From assembly GCA_036337945.1 (NCBI GenBank), contig JAYZDF010000089.1, positions 5,609 through 69,608 on the forward strand: a DNA stretch of 64,000 nt. The letters are read 5' to 3'. Source of the DNA: Myxococcota bacterium. GTDB lineage: Bacteria; Myxococcota; Kuafuiibacteriia; Kuafuiibacteriales; Kuafuiibacteriaceae. The first letter of the stretch is position 1, and every line of letters starts with the position of its first letter. Below are positions 28,626 to 36,567 of this stretch, piece by piece. Below the pieces are notes generated by a model. It saw nothing but the letters and a program-made list of their open reading frames with translations, searched no databases and had not been told where the DNA came from. A program made the position numbers and the translations under genes.

Positions 28626-29522
28626 ATGAACGAAACCTCAAAATTTCAAGCTTGGGTACTCGCGTGTAGACCAGCGACACTCACCGCCGCCTTCGTTCCA
28701 GTATCAGTCGGAGCCGCAGTATCTTATTCTCATCAATCGTTTGAGCTTTTACCGGTCCTAGCGGCTCTCTTTGGAGCGTTCGCGATACAAATAGGTACAA
28801 ACTTCGCAAACGATGTCTTCGACTTTAAGAAAGGAGCCGACAATAGCGACCGTTTGGGCCCGACTCGAGCAGTAGAAGCCGGACTCATATCGGCGAAAGA
28901 GATGACTTTAGGAATGGTCGTAGCGTTTGCGATTGCCGCTCTCTTTGGGGTGTACCTCATCACCGAAGCTGGCGTAGCCATCCTCATTTTGGGTATCATT
29001 TCTATACTTTCGGGAATTGCGTACACCGGAGGCCCCTATCCGCTTGCCTACAATGGATTAGGCGATATTTTCGTATTCATCTTTTTTGGGTTCGTGGCCG
29101 TTTGCGGAACCTGTTACGTGCAAGGTCAGATCATCCCAGCAACCGCGTGGGCAGCATCAATCCCCATCGGTGCACTCGCAACCGCAATCCTCGTGGTCAA
29201 TAACGTTCGGGACCGTCATACTGATGTGGTTGCGAATAAGAGGACACTCATTGTTCGCTTTGGCCGGCGATTCGGAGTGGCCGAATATATAGTCCTAATG
29301 CTTATGGCCTATCTCACGCCAATATGGCTTCTATTTCGTGAGTCTTCCTCGCCGAATTACAGTTTATTATTGCCACTGTTAACGCTTCCGTGGGCCGGAA
29401 AACTAACGAAAGATGTCATTCAACTAGAGGGCAAGCCGCTGAATGCGACCCTTGCTAGTACAGCGAAACTTCTTCTTCTTTTCGGCCTCATCTGGACTTA
29501 CGGGCTTTCTTCAGTGCACTGA
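28626..29522 (+). CDS. menA: 1,4-dihydroxy-2-naphthoate polyprenyltransferase
   Basis: RPATL, NFANDVFDFKKGAD, YTGGP.PLAY.GLG, NNVRD..TD...KRTL; ATG 1 bp after the menD stop. Confidence 0.95.
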   Translation: MNETSKFQAWVLACRPATLTAAFVPVSVGAAVSYSHQSFELLPVLAALFGAFAIQIGTNFANDVFDFKKGADNSDRLGPTRAVEAGLISAKEMTLGMVVAFAIAALFGVYLITEAGVAILILGIISILSGIAYTGGPYPLAYNGLGDIFVFIFFGFVAVCGTCYVQGQIIPATAWAASIPIGALATAILVVNNVRDRHTDVVANKRTLIVRFGRRFGVAEYIVLMLMAYLTPIWLLFRESSSPNYSLLLPLLTLPWAGKLTKDVIQLEGKPLNATLASTAKLLLLFGLIWTYGLSSVH

Positions 29523-29616
29523 GGGAGTAAAGCACCGAAAATCCTTATCATTTCAGAAGATTTTTGTGGGAAAGACTTGCGTGCGGACCGCTATCCAGAG
29601 TTTAATACACGTGGTT

Positions 29617-30192
29617 ATGAACCGTCACTGTCCTCGCCAAGCAGGCTTCACGCTTATTGAGGTCATGATATCCGTGGCTATCGTTGCTATTCTCGCCAGC
29701 ATCGCGATACCGAACTTTATTAACTACCAACTTAGAGTAAAGACATCCGAAGCACGAACGCTCGTAGGCAATATAGTCACGACACAAAACTCGTTTGCTG
29801 CAGAATTCGAAGGCTACGCAAGTATTGACGTAGGCAATCCCGCAACGCCGCCAGGCATTGGAAAACGTAATTGGGACCGTGTCGAGTGTGACACGAACTG
29901 TGACCGAGATAATCTCGCAGCTTGTAGCGCTTTCGACTGTATTGGTTTTGAACCACCCGCCCCCGTTTACTTTCAGTATTATTCACCAGGGACAATCTCT
30001 CAGGCGGGTATCGCTTCGGAGTTTGCGGTGGGGGCTGTAGGCGACCTTGATGGCGACAGTCGACAATCGTCCTTCTGTTTTCAGTCGAGCAACAACGGTT
30101 CTGGTTTTGGTGCTATCACAGTACCCCAAACGGCTTGTCAGGCGGGTGTTGAGTCAACTGTTCTTCACAACTGTAATCCGGCCAACTTCTAA
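29617..30192 (+). CDS. type IVa pilin (PilA-like, deltaproteobacterial)
   Basis: Class III signal G|FTLIEVMISVAIVAILASIAIPNF..YQ...K.SEA; C-terminal GDLDGD. Confidence 0.88.
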   Translation: MNRHCPRQAGFTLIEVMISVAIVAILASIAIPNFINYQLRVKTSEARTLVGNIVTTQNSFAAEFEGYASIDVGNPATPPGIGKRNWDRVECDTNCDRDNLAACSAFDCIGFEPPAPVYFQYYSPGTISQAGIASEFAVGAVGDLDGDSRQSSFCFQSSNNGSGFGAITVPQTACQAGVESTVLHNCNPANF

Positions 30193-31547
30193 GTAAATAG
30201 AAACAGGCCCAGTATAAACCAGACACCGCTAAAGACCATAACCGCAGTCGTGTAACCAATAATATCTCGCGCCTTCACACCTGTAATGCCAAGCAACGGC
30301 AGCGCCCAAAATGGCTGAAGCATATTTGACCATTGGTCCCCGTAGGCAACGGCCATCACGGCCTTGGATAACGGGATCTGAAGCTCCGCCGCAGCCTGGA
30401 CCGCTATAGGGCCTTGCACAGCCCACTGTCCGCCTCCACTAGGAACAAAGAAATTGATAAGTCCTGCGACAAAAAATGTAACGATGCTATACCCGGTCGC
30501 GCTACCGATACCCGCTGCCCAAGATGCGAAGAGAGAAGCAAGACCAGTCGTTTTCATCATTCCCATAATGCCCGCATATAGCGGAAATTGGAGGATAATG
30601 CCGGCGCAGCCACTTACAGCCTGACTCACAGCACGTACATACGCTTTGGGTGTACCATGAAGCGCGATTCCTAGAGTGAGGAGCGTCATATTGATGATAT
30701 TGGGATTCAACTTTCCTAGGCCATTATCTCGATAATAGAAAAACAGTGCCGCAATCGCTGGAACGAGCAAAGCGGCCGAAACCCATTTACTCTGTTCTAG
30801 TTTTTCTGAGAAGTTTCTTGGTGTTTCGATGGATTCAGAAGCGAATTCGTTAGCCTCCGGAAAAGATTCGATGGTCTGACTTCCGCCTGGCGCGGGCATC
30901 AGAAAGTAAACAATGAGCGGTACCAAAAATAAAAGCCCGCCAGACACAAATAAGTTCATCGTGCTGAAAATGGTATCGAAGGTAGAAACCGGTTCGACAG
31001 TTGCGGCCATTTTCGGGCCCAACAATTCGACCAGGTCTTTGTTCGTAGTCACCTTGAGAGGTGCACTTCCAGATAAGCCCCCATGCCAAATCATCAGTCC
31101 GGTATATCCTGCGGCTGCCAGCAAGGGATAATGGACAACGATTCCGCGCTCCTTACATCTGTGCCCCATCTGGCGCGCCAGTAACGCGCCAACAATCAAC
31201 CCCAAGCCCCAATTAAAGAGACTGGTAGAGAGCGCGATAAATGCGACCAATGCGCCCGCAACCCGTGCGGAACCGGCTAAGTCTACTGCTCGATTGATTA
31301 GACGGCGGACAACCGGGGCGCTTGCGAGGGCGTGTCCAGTGACCAATACCAAACACATTTGCATGGAAAAGCGTAAAAGGGACCAGATCCCTCCGTGCCA
31401 AGCTTGAATGACTTCAGAAGCGTTGGATGTTGTCAGGATCAAGCAAAGAAGCGCTGTGGTCGCAGTCAACGCAATCGCTAAAACAAACGGGTCAGGTGTA
31501 ATTGTCCGAAAAAACTTAGCGAGTCTCTCTCCAAATTCCTGAATCAT
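30189..31547 (-). CDS. atoE: short-chain fatty acid transporter (AtoE family)
   Basis: PDPFVLA, MQMCLVLVTG, HGGLSGSAPL, FVPSGGGQWAVQGP, YGDQWSNMLQPFWALP. Confidence 0.9.
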   Translation of the reverse strand: MIQEFGERLAKFFRTITPDPFVLAIALTATTALLCLILTTSNASEVIQAWHGGIWSLLRFSMQMCLVLVTGHALASAPVVRRLINRAVDLAGSARVAGALVAFIALSTSLFNWGLGLIVGALLARQMGHRCKERGIVVHYPLLAAAGYTGLMIWHGGLSGSAPLKVTTNKDLVELLGPKMAATVEPVSTFDTIFSTMNLFVSGGLLFLVPLIVYFLMPAPGGSQTIESFPEANEFASESIETPRNFSEKLEQSKWVSAALLVPAIAALFFYYRDNGLGKLNPNIINMTLLTLGIALHGTPKAYVRAVSQAVSGCAGIILQFPLYAGIMGMMKTTGLASLFASWAAGIGSATGYSIVTFFVAGLINFFVPSGGGQWAVQGPIAVQAAAELQIPLSKAVMAVAYGDQWSNMLQPFWALPLLGITGVKARDIIGYTTAVMVFSGVWFILGLFLFT

Positions 31548-31635
31548 ACTTGCGACAAACAAACATTGTTCAATCGAAATTACAATCTAAGGCAAAATCA
31601 GGTGAGAGGATGACTTGAAGGAAAACTTTGAGGAT

Positions 31636-31668
31636 GGCGGGCGCTACGAAATGATTCGTAGCGCCGCC
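31636..31668 (-). terminator. strong GC-rich hairpin downstream of the lipoprotein gene
   Basis: GGCGGCGCTACGAA-TCAT-TTCGTAGCGCCCGCC on the minus strand, 15 bp after the stop; U-tract is weak. Confidence 0.6.
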
Positions 31669-31683
31669 GAGGCGTTGTGGATA

Positions 31684-33012
31684 TTACTCAGCTGCGTAAA
31701 CCGCAACTTCACCGATGTCAGTGATCAACGGCGCAACCATGCTCATCTGCGTATTTTCGACACGAAACCGCATCCAAGAAGCGACTTGTCCCATAGATGC
31801 TGAGGTGTCAAAGCTGACGAGAGCACTCACTTCGTCGCTGCCTCCGTTTCCACCACAAAACCGGCCTTTTTGAACCCAGTCTCCGTCACCGCTCATCTGA
31901 GCACTCCCTACACTGTCATAGGCTTGAGGTGAGAACTCCAAAACAATACAGGCGGAATATGAGTTCGACACGACCGAGTTGAGCAGGCCAGCGTCAGTCA
32001 CTAGGCTCCCTAGCGGCAGCTGTACATAGACCGCTTGCGCAGGGGACATGAGCGATAATCGCGTGGATGGCAGGCCATCGGTAGCGGCAGAGCCGTCAAT
32101 GGATTCAGCTCCCGACTCGGTGATAGCCCATACGCCTGAGGTCATAATTGGCTGTCGGTCCATAGCAGGATTCTCGAATACGCCTTCAACAGTAAACGCG
32201 GTTCGCCAATTCATCTCCCGGCCATTCCCTTGAACATAGGCCGCAAAATTCCCCATATCAGAATAGAATGTGTACAAAGAGAAAGCTGAAACATCTAAAG
32301 ATAGCCGGTCGCTCATTGCCTCTTCGTTACAACCACCCAACGTAGAATTTTCTCCGTCGAAACATCGCTGAACCAAACGCGAGCCACCGCCGCGAATCTC
32401 TACCCGATAGGTGGTATCTACTGATGCTGTGCCAGCAGCCGTACTTCGATTCCAGGCAAAATTTACATTGCCTGACATTCCGGCGTTTGACACATCTGCG
32501 ATTGCATTAGCGTCCCAAAGGTTCAGTTCTCCTGGATCCCAAGTCTTGTCCGTCTGCTGATAAGTGTAATCATTGGTAAACACACCCGCATTTCCGAGCA
32601 TATCGTTCGGGTCTTTGACGACAATAACGACGTTCGAACCTTCTACAAGACCCATCTCGTCCATGACGCCGCTTTGTCCGGCAATATCGGCGCCTTTAAA
32701 ATCCATCGAGAATCGGCCTTCCATATCGGTTGTCGTTTTTGAAACTAGACCTACTTCCAAATCCAAGCCAGGGTATCCGCAGTCGACCGCGTCGCAGTCG
32801 AACAGATCGTCAACGTCCGGGCGCAGCAACTTTGCGGGGTGGAAATACCTAACCACCTTCACCTCGGCACCGACCAAAGGGTCTCCGTCGGCAGTTACCG
32901 CTCGCCCTTCGGCATAAAATGTCGATTCTGGGTCAATTGTCGGGTTGGTGCAGGCCATTGCAAGACCAGCTGTGAATGCCAAAAGTGGCAGTTGAAACAT
33001 CTTAGACTTCAT
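31684..33012 (-). CDS. acidic Met-rich surface lipoprotein with carboxypeptidase-regulatory-like N-domain
   Basis: Lipobox AMAC; G...DG.PL.GA.V...TTTD.EGRF beta-sandwich pattern; strong GAGGAGG RBS. Confidence 0.75.
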   Translation of the reverse strand: MKSKMFQLPLLAFTAGLAMACTNPTIDPESTFYAEGRAVTADGDPLVGAEVKVVRYFHPAKLLRPDVDDLFDCDAVDCGYPGLDLEVGLVSKTTTDMEGRFSMDFKGADIAGQSGVMDEMGLVEGSNVVIVVKDPNDMLGNAGVFTNDYTYQQTDKTWDPGELNLWDANAIADVSNAGMSGNVNFAWNRSTAAGTASVDTTYRVEIRGGGSRLVQRCFDGENSTLGGCNEEAMSDRLSLDVSAFSLYTFYSDMGNFAAYVQGNGREMNWRTAFTVEGVFENPAMDRQPIMTSGVWAITESGAESIDGSAATDGLPSTRLSLMSPAQAVYVQLPLGSLVTDAGLLNSVVSNSYSACIVLEFSPQAYDSVGSAQMSGDGDWVQKGRFCGGNGGSDEVSALVSFDTSASMGQVASWMRFRVENTQMSMVAPLITDIGEVAVYAAE

Positions 33013-33097
33013 AATTCCTCCTCAGAAGGTCGTACGGACATCAACACGTGACCGAAGTTCAGTCAATCTATAGACCCTCTAAATGGAGGGTTCAATC

Positions 33098-33119
33098 AAA
33101 TGTGACCGCTGGCACAACA
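33098..33119. promoter_or_regulatory. CRP/FNR-family-like binding site
   Basis: aaaTGTGA-ccgctg-GCACA matches TGTGA-N6-TCACA at 9/10, about 90 bp upstream of the lipoprotein start. Confidence 0.5.
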
Positions 33120-33184
33120 GAAAAATCAAAGTGACGAACTTAGACTAGATACTGAAAATCATGAAACAATTCGCAGTGGGTTTA

Positions 33185-33568
33185 TTATCTCGTTCTACGA
33201 GCTAAAGCCGCGCGTAAGGTAGAGAAGAGTGTTTGCGCTGCTTCTAGTCGACCCGTAAGGCTCGCAAATTCACTGTCGTGACCAGCTTCTTCGAGTACCT
33301 TCATCCGCTCCCGAGCGCTTTCGAGACGCGCAGTGACCTGCTCCAGCTGGCGAGCAAGTTCAGGCGCTGCTTCTTCGTCACGACTCTCTCTGCCTACGTT
33401 CTTTCGTAATTGAGCTAAACTCATAGCGAGTTCACCATCAGTCACATCTCGACCTTCGAGTTGGCACAACAGATGTTCATACTTTTCGAAAGCTCCCACT
33501 AACGAGTGACGCTCCAAAGAAAACGTCTGAGCCCAATTTTCGAGCTCGGCCTGGGTCTGTGTCTTCAT
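33185..33568 (-). CDS. small coiled-coil hypothetical protein
   Basis: Helical heptads; ATG 33568 lies 4 bp after the upstream stop (ORF track start 33607). Confidence 0.65.
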   Translation of the reverse strand: MKTQTQAELENWAQTFSLERHSLVGAFEKYEHLLCQLEGRDVTDGELAMSLAQLRKNVGRESRDEEAAPELARQLEQVTARLESARERMKVLEEAGHDSEFASLTGRLEAAQTLFSTLRAALARRTR

Positions 33569-33572
33569 TGTT

Positions 33573-33869
33573 TCAGATCTCGTTTGAGACTCTTCGTAGT
33601 AACTCAACCAACTTATTGGAAGCTTCGACCCGCTTGAGGTGCTCCTGTGCCGTTAAATTCTCAGTAGAATTTCTTACAGCCTGGATCTGGTCGGCAAGCA
33701 TCTTTAGTCGGTTTTCACGCTCTGCTTTTGGCCAATTCATAAGCTCAGCAATCGCACCGGTGACCTCATCAATTCCTTCGGTGATCTCTTTTTCGTTTGC
33801 TTGCTTCTGAGTACTACGCCGGGAAGGAACACCGTTCGCGCGGCCTAACAAAAATGGGGCTTTGGTCAT
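33573..33869 (-). CDS. small helical hypothetical protein
   Basis: 98 aa, tightly packed in the operon. Confidence 0.6.
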   Translation of the reverse strand: MTKAPFLLGRANGVPSRRSTQKQANEKEITEGIDEVTGAIAELMNWPKAERENRLKMLADQIQAVRNSTENLTAQEHLKRVEASNKLVELLRRVSNEI

Positions 33870-33880
33870 CGATAATGAGC

Positions 33881-34291
33881 CTAAAACGAAAGGATGTATG
33901 CAGCCAGATCCACGATCTCTTTCGACGTATTTGCGGGAATTCCGGTTTGTCTCGCTAACCTTTGAGCCTTCAATTCGCGAATCTCTGGAGAAACTTGGGA
34001 ATCGAGTTCTTTTTCTGAGGACATCATCTGAAGCTGTGGTGCTGCCGCAGCCTGTTTGGTCCCGTAGTAAGACTCAGCGAGGTCGGAAAGTCCGGCCATG
34101 AGCGTAGCCGTTAGCGGACTAGAAGCAGCGGGCTTTTGGCTCTGGGCGACCTGGGAGGCCAATTGATCCACGGGCGCGGATACAGGAGCCTGTGCTTGAG
34201 CCTTGGTGGCTGCACCCGTTGATTGCGACTGGATCGGCGTAGAAATTTGCGCAGCTGAAGTCGTCTGAGTTCCTGATTTAATTTTCGCCAT
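33881..34291 (-). CDS. S/T/Q/A-rich low-complexity protein (secretion-substrate-like)
   Basis: MAKIKSGTQTTSAAQISTP...; GGGAG RBS; no Sec signal peptide. Confidence 0.65.
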   Translation of the reverse strand: MAKIKSGTQTTSAAQISTPIQSQSTGAATKAQAQAPVSAPVDQLASQVAQSQKPAASSPLTATLMAGLSDLAESYYGTKQAAAAPQLQMMSSEKELDSQVSPEIRELKAQRLARQTGIPANTSKEIVDLAAYILSF

Positions 34292-34378
34292 GGCGTACTG
34301 GTCTCCCGTTTTCACCTTATCGACTGCTTGTCGATTCTGGTGCTAAAATGTATGCAAAAAACGACATTATGGCAAGCC

Positions 34379-34837
34379 CTAAGCAGCAAGGTAGGCCTCA
34401 ATAGACCTTCGGCGGACCGGATCTTTGACTCTGGTACAGGCATCGGCGAGGTCAGCCCTCGCCTCAACTGTGCGCCCCAATCGCAGCAATAATTCACCGC
34501 GCGCTAAAAAGGCTTCCGCCGCAACGTCAGCAAATTCGTCTACTTGCGCAGAAAGCTTAATGGATTTACCAAAGTAATCAAACGCTTCTTCTACATCGTT
34601 TTCGAGGGCAGCAGAATGTCCGTACATCAAATAATGCACGGATTTTTCTGGCTCTAAATCAATCAATACCCCAAATGCGGCCCTAGCCTGTTTCGGCTTG
34701 CCTTGCTTGAGTTTCGCCATTCCAAGAGCCCCCAGAGCTTTTCGTTCGCGCGGCGACAACCACGGGAAATCTCTGAATTCAATCTCACCTCTAATCAGGC
34801 GAGCGAGCTCCTTAGCTACATGACGAGGGTCGGCCAT
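34379..34837 (-). CDS. TPR protein resembling SycD/LcrH class II type III secretion chaperones
   Basis: 152 aa. The GEIEFRDFPWLSPRERKAL N-terminal segment precedes 3 TPRs (GK.KQA.AAF..L..LEP....Y). Confidence 0.6.
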   Translation of the reverse strand: MADPRHVAKELARLIRGEIEFRDFPWLSPRERKALGALGMAKLKQGKPKQARAAFGVLIDLEPEKSVHYLMYGHSAALENDVEEAFDYFGKSIKLSAQVDEFADVAAEAFLARGELLLRLGRTVEARADLADACTRVKDPVRRRSIEAYLAA

Positions 34838-34902
34838 AACTATCTATCACTCAAAGAAACCCGTATCGGTGAGAATTGCAAGACTAGTGATAGTTCTGGA
34901 AT

Positions 34903-36567
34903 TCAAGGTTTTCTCCCTCTTTTTTGAGCTTGGAGGCTTGGCGTGCGTTCGTTCGATCGCCCGGGGCCTTCGCTCACGTGATCTGAAGACGGCGCAAGTT
35001 GGTCGTCTATATCAATTTCAGCTTGATTGATAATCATCGTAGCTTGAGATTCATGTTGTACTTGCCCTCGCCGCGAGGAAAGACTCCCCTCGCCTTGTGA
35101 GACCTCTGGTAAATCAAGCTCTTCGCTAAAAGCCTCAGATTCATCCGCGAGATTGTACGTTCTCGAAGGCATATCGTCGACAAACGGCTCGTCAGTGGCT
35201 TCTGATGACGCGCCAATCTCAGTATGAACTTCTTCATCCTCTTCGGAGAGATTTTGGGGGACGACCGGCGCCAACTCTTCTTCCTCCGCAAGATATTGCT
35301 CGTCTTGGTCCTCAATATCTTGCCCAGCAGGAGTATCCTGCCCCGGAGGAGTAATCTCATTACTAAGCTCTTCATCTCCATTTGACGCTGCATCGAGAAC
35401 CTCCCTCGCTTCGTCAATCACGGGAGTCTGCATTCGATCAGGCTCGATAATTTCCTGAAAAGATCGCTCTTCATTATCTAAAATAAACGCGTCGCTGACC
35501 CGCCGCTGTTCCACCGAAGTGACCAAGGGAGTCATCCCAAGTGGTTGGCTTTTCTCGTCTTCACTGCGCACTTCAAGGTCTTCCGCAGCAGAGTCAACGA
35601 GTTCGGGAGCGGTGGTCAATAAACGCTCACGAAGGTGAGAACCACGTAAATCAACCAAATACCCGGACGCAGACCTTTGCGCCAAAGCTCTAATGGTCAG
35701 TCGGTCTTGCCAGTATTGCGGTTCTCCTAAGGCTGTGACGCTTGCTCCATCGCAAAGAACCAAAAGATCGATACGAGAGGTAATCATTGATTCAATGCCC
35801 TTCAAGATCATGCCTGGCCGCACATAACTCAGATACGAAATCATCGAATTGATAGCCTCACTCATCGTCTTACCATCAAGCGCAATGAGGACTCGTGGAG
35901 GCAACATCAACATAGATGTGAGCGTGTCGGCGCTAGGGTCACAGGCTACAATAGCTTCGCCGAGATTTGCGTCTATATCAAATATTGCTTTGGATTCGAT
36001 GATTTGAGCACGAGGATGATCTGAAGGCGTCCAAAAAGGATATTCTAACGCAAGTACATGATTTTGAGCTGCCCAGTAATCGCCAATAGCGGCAAGGACT
36101 TGGCCTCTTACTCGGCTCCGAGTTCCTCCGACAACCACAATGTTCGCTCGGGTCTCGACACAAGCGATCAGAATTTTAGCAAGTCGCTCGTCAATAATGT
36201 CACTCCGTCGCAAACTCTCGAAGTTATGGTCCCCAAGCACCGGAAGCCTACGGGCGTTGAGTAGTGCGGACCTCGTATTTTCTTTTCCATCACAAATGGT
36301 GAGTAGCCAGCCACTTGGAAGCGCACCTCGAACGCAGTGGCAGGTTCGGCTAAGTGGCTGACCGATATCTTGCGCTATCTTTTTGAGCGCAGGTAAAAGC
36401 TGTGCTCCAGCAAATGGGCTATCTCTTTCTTCGAGGGTGCCATCTCGCCAAATCGACATAGGCGTGTTCTCTCGAATCAAAACCTCTGTGATCGAGTCAT
36501 CACTCAATACTTCCTCAAGTGCGGTTCGTCCGTGCGATGCTATTTGCAAACCCGATTGTGAACTCAT
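34903..36567 (-). CDS. CpaF/TadA (VirB11-family)-like protein with degenerate ATPase motifs and acidic tail
   Basis: N-domain LEEVLSDDSITEVLI...RDG.LE...IAQDIG...LPSG resembles CpaF; the Walker A region reads GGTRSRVRG. Confidence 0.7.
   Translation of the reverse strand: MSSQSGLQIASHGRTALEEVLSDDSITEVLIRENTPMSIWRDGTLEERDSPFAGAQLLPALKKIAQDIGQPLSRTCHCVRGALPSGWLLTICDGKENTRSALLNARRLPVLGDHNFESLRRSDIIDERLAKILIACVETRANIVVVGGTRSRVRGQVLAAIGDYWAAQNHVLALEYPFWTPSDHPRAQIIESKAIFDIDANLGEAIVACDPSADTLTSMLMLPPRVLIALDGKTMSEAINSMISYLSYVRPGMILKGIESMITSRIDLLVLCDGASVTALGEPQYWQDRLTIRALAQRSASGYLVDLRGSHLRERLLTTAPELVDSAAEDLEVRSEDEKSQPLGMTPLVTSVEQRRVSDAFILDNEERSFQEIIEPDRMQTPVIDEAREVLDAASNGDEELSNEITPPGQDTPAGQDIEDQDEQYLAEEEELAPVVPQNLSEEDEEVHTEIGASSEATDEPFVDDMPSRTYNLADESEAFSEELDLPEVSQGEGSLSSRRGQVQHESQATMIINQAEIDIDDQLAPSSDHVSEGPGRSNERTPSLQAQKRGRKP

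Noticed and set aside
29560-29585. Sigma54 promoter upstream of the pilin (TGGGAAAGACTTGC)
   Set aside because: GG-to-GC spacing is 9 nt rather than the required 10.
29617-30192. Electrically conductive (e-pilin) interpretation
   Set aside because: Full-length pilin; the N-terminal aromatic positions are those common to ordinary delta-type PilA, and there are no cytochrome genes nearby.
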